64,000 bases of DNA from Chlorobiota bacterium. GTDB lineage: Bacteria; Bacteroidota; Ignavibacteria; Kapaibacteriales; NICIL-2. The stretch spans positions 206,218 to 270,217 of the forward strand of contig JBGAUL010000002.1 in the NCBI GenBank assembly GCA_044228685.1. The letters are read 5' to 3'. The notes below the pieces were generated by a model, which saw only the letters and a program-made list of their open reading frames with translations, was not told the origin of the DNA and did not search any database. The first letter of the stretch is position 1; each line of letters opens with the position of its first letter. Position numbers and translations under genes: made by a program. This document shows positions 17,120-26,656 of the stretch, one piece after another.

Positions 17120-18895
17120 TTATAGTTCCCGTCGCAAGCGTGCAACCGGAATCTTCAATTGCTCGCGGTACTTTGCTACAGTGCGACGCGCGACATTATA
17201 GCCTTCCTTCTTCAGCTCTTTAGCCAGCTTATCATCACTCCAAGGTTTGGACTTTGATTCCTTGGAAATGATGTCCTTGATTTTGTCTTTGATAATCGTC
17301 GTTGAAACTTCGTCGCCTTCATCATTCGTCAAAGACTCACTGAAGAAGAAGCGGAGTTCGTAGATACCGAATTCGGTTTGTACGTATTTGTTGTTGACGA
17401 CGCGACACACCGTCGAGATATCCATTGCTGATTCTTCAGCAACGTCTTTGTAGATAAGCGGACGCAATCCTGCTGGACCTTCTTCGAAGAATCCTTTTTG
17501 AAGATGCGCGATGGTCGTCATGACTTTCAGCATCGTCGATTTACGTTGCTTGATAGCATTGATCAAAAACTTCGCATCCTCATGCTTCTTGCGCATCCAC
17601 TCGCGTGTTTCCTTGTTGAACTTGCGGTAGCGAGCTTCTCGTTTCAATTTTTCATAAGCCTTGCTCACACGAAGTTGCGGCATTGTCGCATCGTTCAGAG
17701 AGATGAGGAAGTCGCTGTGATCTTCCGTTGGCTCCACAACGAAGTCAGGAATAATTGTCGTTATACCCTGCGTCGATGAACCATAGCCAGGCTTCGGATT
17801 CAATCGACGAATTACATCAATTGCCTCGCGCAAATACTCCTCGCTCACTTCGAGCAAATTGGCAATCTGCTGATAGTGCTTCATGGTGAATTGCGTGTAC
17901 GCTTTGGTGAGAATCTCCCAAGCAAGCTTTTGTCCGGCATTCATTTTGGGCAAAGCACGAAGCTGTGCAATCAAACACTCCTGCACCGTGCGCGAAGCAC
18001 AACCGGTTGGCTCAAATTCTTGGATTGCATGCAAGACATTTTCAGCTTGCGCCAGAGTGAGTCGCTTGAGAATTGTTGGCGATGAATGCGCGTAGGTGAT
18101 GGTGTCCGGATCAACCGAAGCTGCAGCTTTGTCGGAAACTTTCTGACCTTGGGCATTGGCACCGAGTGCGGCCATGCGACGTTCGTGATTGCTTTCATCG
18201 ATGATTGCGTTTGCATCTTCGAGCACTTCCTTCAAATCACGACGCAGGTATCCGTCGTCTTCCAGATTTCCAATAATCTGTTCACCGAGCAATACTTCTT
18301 CTTCGTTGAGATCGGCAAAGTGCAATTGCTCGAGAAGATCTTCTTCAAAAGACTTTACGTCTTTGATTTGGAATGGCTCGTAATCGAGATCGTCTTCACC
18401 GGGTGACGATTCGGTGTTGGATTTCGGACCATTATCCTGCCAGAGCATATTGTAAAAATCAAAGGCATCCGAGTCGTCGGGAATGTCTTGATCATAGCTC
18501 AAATCCTGCTGCTCATTACCACCTTCGTAGCTGGTCATGGCTGGTTCTGTTGGACCTGCAAGACGCGCTGCTTGAGCTGCCTTTTCTTCGGCTTCGCTCA
18601 TTTCATAGATGTCGGGAATATCGTCGGCAGGTGTGGCCGACTGTTTCACGTGCATGTTGGCTTCGTTGGCGAGCTCGGCTGCTTCGTTAGCAACGATTGG
18701 GGCATTGATCTCAATGTCCTCGCTCAGTGAACTTCCATCTTCACCAAGCTCCTCCACCATGGGATTCTGTTCAATCTCCTGCCGAATATGCTGCTCCATT
18801 TGCAGGGCAGGCAACTGCAGCAATTTCAGATACTGAATCTGTTGGGGAGTCAGGGTTTGCTGCAAACCCACGTTCAGTTGTAGTCCAAGTTTCAT
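17120..18895 (-). CDS. rpoN: RNA polymerase sigma-54 factor RpoN (start chosen at MKLGLQL; the ORF is open to 18952)
   Basis: Region I (MKLGLQLNVGLQQTLTPQQIQYLKLLQLPALQMEQHIRQEIEQNPMVEE), core-binding and HTH regions, and a C-terminal RpoN box (ARRTVAKYREQLKIP). The Met at 18895 aligns with canonical RpoN N-termini. Confidence 0.9.
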   Translation of the reverse strand: MKLGLQLNVGLQQTLTPQQIQYLKLLQLPALQMEQHIRQEIEQNPMVEELGEDGSSLSEDIEINAPIVANEAAELANEANMHVKQSATPADDIPDIYEMSEAEEKAAQAARLAGPTEPAMTSYEGGNEQQDLSYDQDIPDDSDAFDFYNMLWQDNGPKSNTESSPGEDDLDYEPFQIKDVKSFEEDLLEQLHFADLNEEEVLLGEQIIGNLEDDGYLRRDLKEVLEDANAIIDESNHERRMAALGANAQGQKVSDKAAASVDPDTITYAHSSPTILKRLTLAQAENVLHAIQEFEPTGCASRTVQECLIAQLRALPKMNAGQKLAWEILTKAYTQFTMKHYQQIANLLEVSEEYLREAIDVIRRLNPKPGYGSSTQGITTIIPDFVVEPTEDHSDFLISLNDATMPQLRVSKAYEKLKREARYRKFNKETREWMRKKHEDAKFLINAIKQRKSTMLKVMTTIAHLQKGFFEEGPAGLRPLIYKDVAEESAMDISTVCRVVNNKYVQTEFGIYELRFFFSESLTNDEGDEVSTTIIKDKIKDIISKESKSKPWSDDKLAKELKKEGYNVARRTVAKYREQLKIPVARLRREL

Positions 18896-18971
18896 GCTGA
18901 GGCTGAAAAGATTGTCTGGTGAATGAAATCCTGCTTCGCGTGAAAGAAGCATCCGCAGCTACATTGGCGCT

Positions 18972-19535
18972 TTAAGTTTTTGACTCGTTGCGGACGGCAT
19001 CGAGTGCTTCAACCCATTCCTCGCCAAATTCCCGGATCAAGGCATCGCGTGTAATGTCTGCGATGTGAAGATTCAGGTCTTTGCCGTGAGCTTTTGCCGG
19101 CTCGCACTCTTCAAAGCGATCGTAGTAGAGATAGGGTCCGCCGAAGTCTGCAATGCGAATCGGAAACAAATGACACGATATCGGCTTGCGGAACTCGTTT
19201 TTACCTTCCATAAACGAACGTTCAAGAGCACAGCGCGCGACGTTTTTCTCAAAAAACACAAAGACGCATTGCTGATTCTCGATGCAGTTCACACTGCGGT
19301 CGCCCGGTTCACCCTCAAGCCAGCCATGCTGCTTGATGTAATCCTTGGAGCGATCGTCCAGATACTCCATTGCGGCCGGAGCGGCGGCTGCCAAATGCTT
19401 GACCTCATCGTCACGCAATGGCGCTCCACTCCCACCATGCAGCGTACAACATGCTCCCTTACACTTGGCAAGGTCGCACGCGAAATGCTGCGTTAGTATC
19501 TGCTCATCGAGGGCAATATCGTTGAGAATGATCAC
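18972..19535 (-). CDS. Cys-rich DUF3109-like protein
   Basis: 187 aa. The N-terminal FACDLAKCKGACCTLHGGSGAPL motif and further conserved Cys residues match my recollection of the DUF3109 family common in the FCB group. Lies directly upstream of rpoN on the same strand. Confidence 0.45.
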   Translation of the reverse strand: MIILNDIALDEQILTQHFACDLAKCKGACCTLHGGSGAPLRDDEVKHLAAAAPAAMEYLDDRSKDYIKQHGWLEGEPGDRSVNCIENQQCVFVFFEKNVARCALERSFMEGKNEFRKPISCHLFPIRIADFGGPYLYYDRFEECEPAKAHGKDLNLHIADITRDALIREFGEEWVEALDAVRNESKT

Positions 19536-20199
19536 GGATGTGTTGGTTCTTGAATCCTTAGATGACCGTGTCTTGTGGTGCTTGGTGCCAAATTAATGAC
19601 CGACCACCTGCCCTCAAAGAACTCTATTGAGCTCCTCTCAAACATCGATGGATACACCCCTAAAAACGACGATTGTTGTTTGGATTTAAGCCTTAGACTG
19701 TCGGCTGCACGACGCTAAAGCTGTGTGTCTTTTTGCAAAAACACGAACAAGAACCTGTGAATACAAGCAGAATTGAGCCTTTTTGACGAATCAATTCCAC
19801 CGAACTCACTTTCTTGTGCCGTTTCCTGAACTGCAAAACAGGTCGAATGTTTTCCAACCGTTAGTACATGATAAACACCTACTAACTCCAGTCTACTTCG
19901 GGTCATGGATCCCGTCGACGACTGACTGTTTGTTTTTCAATGATTCGGCGCTCCAATATAGGTGTTTCTGAGCCTACTTCAAGTGAGAAATCGAAGGGGA
20001 TGTGAGCGGCTAATGGGCGCACGATGCCTCCTTTGGTTAAATGCACATTGATTGATCCGCACTCCAATTCTCCATGACCATGCCTATGTCAGCTTTCAAA
20101 GCGTGAATGAGCGCGAGCAGCAATTCCATGAACTGTGCTGTCCCATAACTTATGAGCGACCCCGAAAGCGGATCTATCGAGCTTTTTTCACAACACGAG

Positions 20200-20226
20200 C
20201 AAAGAAAACGCTCCTGTGGCCGATAA
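20200..20226 (+). promoter_or_regulatory. Second sigma-28-like motif, in the large intergenic gap upstream of the kinase operon
   Basis: CAAA (20200-20203), 15 nt, then GCCGATAA (20219-20226). The -10 element is perfect; the -35 matches 3/4. The 8-mer also occurs by chance inside two genes in this window, so this is weak evidence alone. Confidence 0.25.
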
Positions 20227-20391
20227 TTAGCGAAAGTGCCCGGTGGCTCGTTTACAGAGCATTGTCGGGTACTATACGAGTATCGTTCAGCCACATTCAA
20301 ATTGACAAATAGCCTTTGTCATAGGCGTTGAATAACTGCGTTACCATCCGGTGACAGAACGATAGACAGTCGGTAGACTGAACATTGACAG

Positions 20392-20416
20392 GCATGGGTC
20401 GGTGACCGACACATGC
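20392..20416. promoter_or_regulatory. 25-bp near-perfect palindrome 16 nt upstream of the kinase start codon
   Basis: GCATGGGTCGGT G ACCGACACATGC, with 11 of 12 arm positions complementary. Could be an operator or a translation-modulating hairpin. Confidence 0.25.
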
Positions 20417-20431
20417 TATTGAAAAGGCTTC

Positions 20432-22471
20432 ATGCACAGAGACATTCATCACAGAACAATTGTACGTCCCTCATCGCACAACACAAGCGGTGATGCTTTT
20501 GTTCATGCATTAACTCGTAAGCACTTTGGTGCAGAACCGGAGTGGCCTTTGCACGTCCGCGAGTTCCTAAACGACATCACGCGTAGTCTTCGTTCGCCCT
20601 TGCATAACAGTCGTTATCCTGTCGAACTCAAAGAAGCTATTCAGCTCGACTCCGAAGAATTCTCGACCATCCGACATCTGCAAAATCTGATCGTTCGACT
20701 GCGTCGCAACGAAGACGGTAGCATCGTTTATACTCTTCGTGAAGGTCGTCTTGCCGGTGAGAACACTACCAGTGCAGTGCGCGACAAACCAATCGAAGAA
20801 TTTCTGGATCAGGAATCTCTGCAGGCAATTCTTCCGCACGTACAACAAGCATTTGCCGGCGAGGCAGTGCAGTTTGAGTATGTGGTGGATGGTCGTACTT
20901 ACCTTCGTTTCTTCGCACCAATATTCGACGAGCTCTCGCACGAAGTCACTGAAGTTGTGGGATCGCTCACCGACATCAGCGCGCAAAAGGAAACTGAACG
21001 TCAGTTACGCAGCAGCGAACATTTATTCCGTAAACTCATCGACAGTATTCCCATCGGAATTCTCAAGCAAGAACTTCACGCCGATGGTTTGGTTCATGAT
21101 GAAGTTGCCAACACAGAATTTCAGCGCATCTCCGGTTACAGCGTCGACGAACTCTGGGCTATGACCAATGAAACGCGCATGTCGCTCATCCATCCGGCTG
21201 AGCGTGATGCGGTGATCCGTCGTTGGACGGAGTGGCAATCAAATCCCAATGACGGCACGCTGAATCTCTGTTATCGCTTTCTGCATCGCTCCGGTGAGTA
21301 CAGAACATTTCAGAATTACTTGGTGAAGTTTCATTCGGAAGCGGGAAATCTTGTGTGCGTACAGGCGGTGCTGGACGTCACGACTGATGCTGAAAATGAA
21401 CGTCAGCTACGTCACCTTGCTTCCTATCTCGAACAAAGCGTCACTCCAATCTTCGAAATCACCGAGAGTGGAGAGCTTCGTACAATGAACGGGGCGGCCA
21501 AAGAAGAATTCAACGACTTAGTTGCATTGGGAATGCGACATGCTTTGCTAGCAGACTTTCCCTCAATGGCTTCGCGCATGCACCAAAGTGCAGCGCGTGT
21601 GTTCAAGCGCGTGGTGTCGGTTGGTTCCGATTACTATGAGCAGCACGTGTACTTCATGCCAGAGGCAAAGGTCTACCGCATCTTCTGTCACAACATCACA
21701 ACGCTCAAGCGTGCCGAAGAAGAACTGCGTGAATCACTGGAGAAGGAACGCGCACTGAGCTTGTTGCGTTCAACCTTCATTGACACTATCTCGCATGAGT
21801 TCCGCACACCATTGACTGGTATCAATACTTCTGCTGAATTGCTGCAGCGTTATGACAAGGTCATGAATCACGACGAACGCGTGATGCACCTTGAAGCCAT
21901 CCGCAATAGGGTTCAAGAAATTGTTGAATTGGTTGCGCGTTTCACGACCCAATCGTCCATGCGAAACATGCGCGATTCCTTCACTCCTGCTGACATCGAC
22001 TTGGTGCCGGTGGTGCAGCGAATTCTCGAAGAGACTCGTTCGTTTGCTACCGATCGCAAACAAAAATTGGTATATGAAGTTCCGACTCGCGAGGTCATGA
22101 TTTCAGGCGATGAGCGCTTGCTCCGTCATGCAATTCGCAATATATTGCTGAACGCCATTCAGTATTCAGCCGAAGGTTCGTCCGTCCAACTGCGCATGTG
22201 CGCCGTCAAGGACGCTGTTCAAATCACCGTTATTGACGAAGGCGTTGGTATACCGGAACGCGAATTGGAGTTGCTCTTTACACCGTATTTCCGCGGAACA
22301 AATTCGGGTCGATTGCCCGGTAGCGGACTCGGTATCTCCATCGCAAAGGAATTCATAGAGCTTCACAAAGGAAGCGTTGAAATTCAGAGCAGAGTTGGCA
22401 TAGGTACGACAGTGGTCTTAACGATCCCGATGCTCGACCTCAAGAAGGCACAGGAAGAATCAGCACATTGA
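20432..22471 (+). CDS. Cytoplasmic PAS-domain sensor histidine kinase
   Basis: No TM segments. PAS-like repeats, HisKA (STFIDTISHEFRTPLTGI) and HATPase_c (NILLNAIQYS, DEGVGIP, GSGLGISIAKE). Confidence 0.85.
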   Translation: MHRDIHHRTIVRPSSHNTSGDAFVHALTRKHFGAEPEWPLHVREFLNDITRSLRSPLHNSRYPVELKEAIQLDSEEFSTIRHLQNLIVRLRRNEDGSIVYTLREGRLAGENTTSAVRDKPIEEFLDQESLQAILPHVQQAFAGEAVQFEYVVDGRTYLRFFAPIFDELSHEVTEVVGSLTDISAQKETERQLRSSEHLFRKLIDSIPIGILKQELHADGLVHDEVANTEFQRISGYSVDELWAMTNETRMSLIHPAERDAVIRRWTEWQSNPNDGTLNLCYRFLHRSGEYRTFQNYLVKFHSEAGNLVCVQAVLDVTTDAENERQLRHLASYLEQSVTPIFEITESGELRTMNGAAKEEFNDLVALGMRHALLADFPSMASRMHQSAARVFKRVVSVGSDYYEQHVYFMPEAKVYRIFCHNITTLKRAEEELRESLEKERALSLLRSTFIDTISHEFRTPLTGINTSAELLQRYDKVMNHDERVMHLEAIRNRVQEIVELVARFTTQSSMRNMRDSFTPADIDLVPVVQRILEETRSFATDRKQKLVYEVPTREVMISGDERLLRHAIRNILLNAIQYSAEGSSVQLRMCAVKDAVQITVIDEGVGIPERELELLFTPYFRGTNSGRLPGSGLGISIAKEFIELHKGSVEIQSRVGIGTTVVLTIPMLDLKKAQEESAH

Positions 22472-22483
22472 TGCACGGAAAGC

Positions 22484-23578
22484 ATGAAAAAGATTTTGCT
22501 CATCGACGACTCGGACTATATCGTAGAAGGAACCTCTTCTCTTCTGCGCTTTGAAGGCTATGAAGTTCTTACAGCCAACAATGGTTCTGCCGGCGTTGCT
22601 CTAGCCAAAGCGCATCATCCCGACCTGGTTATTTGCGATATCTCCATGCCTGAAATGGATGGCTTTGCCGTCCTGCGCGAACTACGCACGGATAAAGCCA
22701 CAGAATCACTACGTTTCATGTTCCTCACTGCGCGCGCTGACAAAGGCGATATGCGTACGGGAATGGAATTCGGTGCCGACGACTATCTGCTCAAGCCATT
22801 CACCGTCGAAGAACTTCTCAGTGCAATCGATGCACAATGGAAGAAGCGTGAGTTGATTCAGCGTGGTTACGAAGAAATCAAGATGAACGTGACCTATGCG
22901 CTTCCGCATGAGTTCCGTACAGCACTAAATCAGATCATCGGCTCTGCGAATTTTCTGAAGAATGAATCGAATGCCGATGACCGCGTCTCGACGGCGGAGA
23001 TGGCTGATGATATCATCAGCAGTGCAAAGCGACTGCTTCATATCACCGAGAATTTTCTGGTCTATGCCCAGCTCGAGTCGATTGCCGGCAATCCCCAGGC
23101 TCGCGAAGCGCTGATGAATGAACGCGCCGAAGAAGCTGCTGCGGTAATCTCCGATATCGCGCAATCAAAAGCTCAGCACTACAATCGTCTCAACGATCTC
23201 ATTCTGAATTGCAGCGCGGAAGGATTAGCTCTCACCATCTCCTACGAGAACCTCAACAAGATTGTTGATGAGCTCATGGACAACGCATTTAAATTCTCGC
23301 AAGCTGATACTCGTGTGCAGCTTGATGGCGTTGCTCGCGATGGCTTCTTCCATCTCAGTCTTAGTGATTGCGGACGTGGTATGAGCGCCGCACAACTCGC
23401 ATCTCTTGGTGCTTACAATCAATTCGATCGCATGGTGCATGAACAACAAGGCGTCGGACTCGGACTCGTCATCGCCAAACGCTTGGTCGAACTGCATCAA
23501 GGAAAATTCGCCATCCACTCCGAAGAAGGAATTGGAACTGTGATTACCCTCTCGTTGCCATTGAGTGCTACCGCTTAA
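22484..23578 (+). CDS. Hybrid protein: N-terminal receiver domain fused to a histidine kinase core
   Basis: REC (ILLIDDSDY, DLVICDISMPEMDG, KPF), then an H-box (YALPHEFRTALNQIIGSANFL) and HATPase_c (ELMDNAFKFS, DCGRGM, GVGLGLVIAKR). Lies 12 nt downstream of the preceding kinase gene. Confidence 0.8.
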   Translation: MKKILLIDDSDYIVEGTSSLLRFEGYEVLTANNGSAGVALAKAHHPDLVICDISMPEMDGFAVLRELRTDKATESLRFMFLTARADKGDMRTGMEFGADDYLLKPFTVEELLSAIDAQWKKRELIQRGYEEIKMNVTYALPHEFRTALNQIIGSANFLKNESNADDRVSTAEMADDIISSAKRLLHITENFLVYAQLESIAGNPQAREALMNERAEEAAAVISDIAQSKAQHYNRLNDLILNCSAEGLALTISYENLNKIVDELMDNAFKFSQADTRVQLDGVARDGFFHLSLSDCGRGMSAAQLASLGAYNQFDRMVHEQQGVGLGLVIAKRLVELHQGKFAIHSEEGIGTVITLSLPLSATA

Positions 23579-23709
23579 GAAATCCGCTGAAAAAGAAGTA
23601 GTCGTAAAAGCTAGAATTGATGCGCCTTGCAGGCCATTAACACTGAACCCAACTTGCGTTCAACCCCATCTTCAGTAGTTTTGAACTCCACCCTTTAATC
23701 TACAATCCA

Positions 23710-24063
23710 ATGAGTCTGATAGCCGACACGCAAGGTCAACTTCCGTATTGGGCAGTCATTTTTTCCAATCTCCGAACTGAGAACATCGACGAGTACGAGC
23801 ACACTGCCGATCGTATGATGGAGTTAGCAGCTCAACAACCTGGTTTTCTGGGTGTAGAGTCAGTTCGAAATGGATTGGGAATTACGATTTCCTACTGGAA
23901 GGACGAGCAGAGCATTCGCGCATGGCGATTACATGCAGAGCATCGTCAAGCGCAGGATAATGGTCGCAATCGCTGGTACAGCGAATACTGCACACGAGTG
24001 TGTAAGGTAGAGCGCGAGGTCCGCTATAATGCTGCGGAGCACAAAGACAACGACGAAGCCTAG
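23710..24063 (+). CDS. ABM (antibiotic biosynthesis monooxygenase-like) domain protein
   Basis: 117 aa. YWAVIFSNLRT...PGFLGVESVRN...GITISYWKDEQSIRAW is typical of the ferredoxin-like ABM fold. Confidence 0.55.
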   Translation: MSLIADTQGQLPYWAVIFSNLRTENIDEYEHTADRMMELAAQQPGFLGVESVRNGLGITISYWKDEQSIRAWRLHAEHRQAQDNGRNRWYSEYCTRVCKVEREVRYNAAEHKDNDEA

Positions 24064-24773
24064 AGATTTTCGATGTCGTTTTCCGGTGCTGCGTTGAAAA
24101 TATCGCCGACGTCTTCGCCGGTGAGCTGACGGTGGCGTACGACTTTCGCTTCCGAGAGGAAGATCACGTTTTCAGCAATGTTTGTTGCACGATCGGCAAT
24201 ACGCTCGATGTTGTGCAAACCAATAATCAACTTTGTTCCGCTCTTGATAAGTGATGGTGTTTCTTCCATCATGCGAACGATTTCAGCGGAGATTTCGACT
24301 TCCAATTCATCCACGTTATCGTCCGTTGACAACACGTGATGCGCAAGCTCAGCATCGTTATTGATAAACGAATCCAGACTAGCCTTCACCATCTTGAAAG
24401 TGTTTGTAGTAATGCGGTCGAAGCCGGTTTCATCAACGATATGACGAATAGCTTCATCGAAGCAAAGACGTGCAATTACCAATGAAGCGTCGCCTATGCG
24501 TTCGAGTTCATTGTTGATTTTGATTGCCGCGAGCAACAGACGCAGGTCGCTTGCAACTGGTTGTTGCAAGGCAAAAAGACGTTGAACCTGACGGTCGATC
24601 TTTAGATCAAGTTTGTCAACCTTATCGTCACGCTCAATTACCAGATTCGCCAGTGGTGTATTCGAGGTCAACAGGGCGCGGAAAGCAAACTCCACTTGCT
24701 CTTCAACAAGGCTGCCCATGCGGATGAGACGTGTTCTTAGCTTATCAAAATCATCTTCAAAATGTCGATGCAT
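24060..24773 (-). CDS. phoU: Phosphate signalling complex protein PhoU
   Basis: Two PhoU repeats, each with an E(R)IGD motif (NELERIGDASLVIAR and NIERIADRATNIAE). Located downstream of pstB. Confidence 0.9.
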   Translation of the reverse strand: MHRHFEDDFDKLRTRLIRMGSLVEEQVEFAFRALLTSNTPLANLVIERDDKVDKLDLKIDRQVQRLFALQQPVASDLRLLLAAIKINNELERIGDASLVIARLCFDEAIRHIVDETGFDRITTNTFKMVKASLDSFINNDAELAHHVLSTDDNVDELEVEISAEIVRMMEETPSLIKSGTKLIIGLHNIERIADRATNIAENVIFLSEAKVVRHRQLTGEDVGDIFNAAPENDIENL

Positions 24774-24859
24774 AATCGTCGAATGTGTGTTTGCAATACC
24801 TGACCGTCGTGCAATGATACGCTTTAGACGACGGAAATGACGAACGCGATGACGAACTA

Positions 24860-25711
24860 TTATCCGAAACGACCCGTGATATAGTCTTCAGTCTGCTTCT
24901 TCGTTGGATTCGTAAAGATCGTTCGTGTGCGAGCCGACTCAATCAATTCTCCCATATACATGAAGGCTGTGTAGTCACTCACTCTTGCAGCTTGCTGCAT
25001 GTTGTGTGTAACGATAACGATGGTATAGGAACTCTTGAGGGTGTGAATCAACTCTTCAATTTTTGCTGTTGCGATCGGATCCAACGCGCTGGTTGGTTCG
25101 TCCATGAGCAGTATCTCCGGTTCTACAGCCATAGCGCGTGCAATGCACAGACGCTGCTGTTGTCCACCCGAAAGCGACATAGCCGGTTCTTTCAAACGAT
25201 CCTTCACTTCATCCCACAAAGCAGCCTTCTGCAAAGCATCTTCAGCAACTTCTTTGAGCAAAGCACGCTTGCGAACGCCGTTAAAGCGCAGTCCGGCAAC
25301 CGTGTTTTCAAATATGCTCATGGTTGGAAATGGATTCGGCTTTTGGAAAACCATACCGATGCGACGTCGCACAGCAACCGGATCCATCTTCATTACATCT
25401 TCACCGTCGAGCAAGATTTCGCCAACTACTTTAGCGCCGGGGACGATGTCGTGCATGCGATTCAAGGCGCGAAGCAGCGTTGACTTGCCGCAGCCCGAGG
25501 GACCAATAATCGCCGTTGCGCGATTATCGTGAAAACTCATGTTGATGTTGCGAATAGCAAAAGTGCCATTGAAGACCACGCCTAATCCACGGACACCAAG
25601 ACGTTCAACTTTGCTCTCGTGCTCGGGATGCCCCGCTTCGCCGTGAGCTTCCGGTCGTGTCTCCACCGTAAACGCAACCGGGGAATTGTGTTGTTGTTCA
25701 GACATGGTCAC
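24860..25711 (-). CDS. pstB: Phosphate ABC transporter ATP-binding protein PstB
   Basis: Walker A (GPSGCGKST), ABC signature (LSGGQQQR), Walker B ([11 protein letters not shown]) and the PstB-typical C-terminus ([10 protein letters not shown]). Confidence 0.95.
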   Translation of the reverse strand: MTMSEQQHNSPVAFTVETRPEAHGEAGHPEHESKVERLGVRGLGVVFNGTFAIRNINMSFHDNRATAIIGPSGCGKSTLLRALNRMHDIVPGAKVVGEILLDGEDVMKMDPVAVRRRIGMVFQKPNPFPTMSIFENTVAGLRFNGVRKRALLKEVAEDALQKAALWDEVKDRLKEPAMSLSGGQQQRLCIARAMAVEPEILLMDEPTSALDPIATAKIEELIHTLKSSYTIVIVTHNMQQAARVSDYTAFMYMGELIESARTRTIFTNPTKKQTEDYITGRFG

Positions 25712-25783
25712 TCCTTCAATCTTCTATCGTAGGTGGTGATGAATACTCCTGAAACGATCGCCGTTCGATCGTCTCGCCTAATC

Positions 25784-26656
25784 TTACTGCTGCACACTAA
25801 ACTTACCGCCGCTGACGACTCGCACTACAACACTAAGCAGAAAAACCAACACAATGAGAACCGTCGCGCCGGCCCACGCTTGAGCATGCCAATCGTCGTA
25901 GGGCGAGGTCGCATAGGTGTTAATCTGCACAGGCAATGACGCAATGGGATGATCCAATCCGCTATGCCAGAATCTATTGTTGAGCGCCGTAAATAATAAG
26001 GGAGCCGTCTCGCCTGCAGCACGAGCCACAGCAAGCATGACTGCCGTCACAATACCTTTAGCTGCCGCACTGAGAACAATGCGCGTATTCACTATCCATC
26101 GCGGTGCGCCAAGCGCCAGACCGGCCTCACGCAAGGTTAGTGGAACAAGCTTCAACAGTTCTTCAGTTGTCTTTGTAATTGTCGGAATCATCAGCACCGC
26201 CAAAGCCACAGAACCGGCATAGGCACTAAAGCTGTGCATGCGCTTAACGATTAATGCGTAGGCGAATATACCGATCACGATTGATGGCAAACCGCTCATC
26301 ACTTCTGTGAGAAATCGTACGACAGAGGCAAGTCTGTTGGTGCCGTATTCTGCCAGGTAAATACCGCTGAGAATTCCAATAGGAACACCGATAAGCGATG
26401 ACATGCCGAGCATGATCAGCGTTCCCACAATAGCATTGGCCATACCGCCACCTGTCTCGCCAACCGGCTTTGGCAGTTGGGTAAAGAAGTCTAGGTTCAG
26501 TGCGCCAATACCTTCGCGAACAGTATAGAAGAGAATGAGTGCGAGGGGCACGAGAGCAACAATCACACAAGCCGCACATATGCCAATCATGATGCGATTG
26601 AAAATGTTTCGACGAATGATAGTCGATCTTTTGAAATTCAAACGACGTTGACTCAT
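25784..26656 (-). CDS. pstA: Phosphate ABC transporter permease PstA
   Basis: Six-TM permease with the EAA-like loop (REAGLALGAPRW). Position between pstC and pstB; 4-nt overlap with pstC. Confidence 0.9.
   Translation of the reverse strand: MSQRRLNFKRSTIIRRNIFNRIMIGICAACVIVALVPLALILFYTVREGIGALNLDFFTQLPKPVGETGGGMANAIVGTLIMLGMSSLIGVPIGILSGIYLAEYGTNRLASVVRFLTEVMSGLPSIVIGIFAYALIVKRMHSFSAYAGSVALAVLMIPTITKTTEELLKLVPLTLREAGLALGAPRWIVNTRIVLSAAAKGIVTAVMLAVARAAGETAPLLFTALNNRFWHSGLDHPIASLPVQINTYATSPYDDWHAQAWAGATVLIVLVFLLSVVVRVVSGGKFSVQQ

Noticed and set aside
20037-20312. Overlapping 87-aa (minus) and 86-aa (plus) ORFs in the large intergenic gap
   Set aside because: They are mutually antisense ORFs of equal length, which is typical of chance. 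Composition is not protein-like (Cys/Ser/Arg-rich, no hydrophobic periodicity), and I recognise no motifs. The region is treated as non-coding pending RNA or tblastx evidence.
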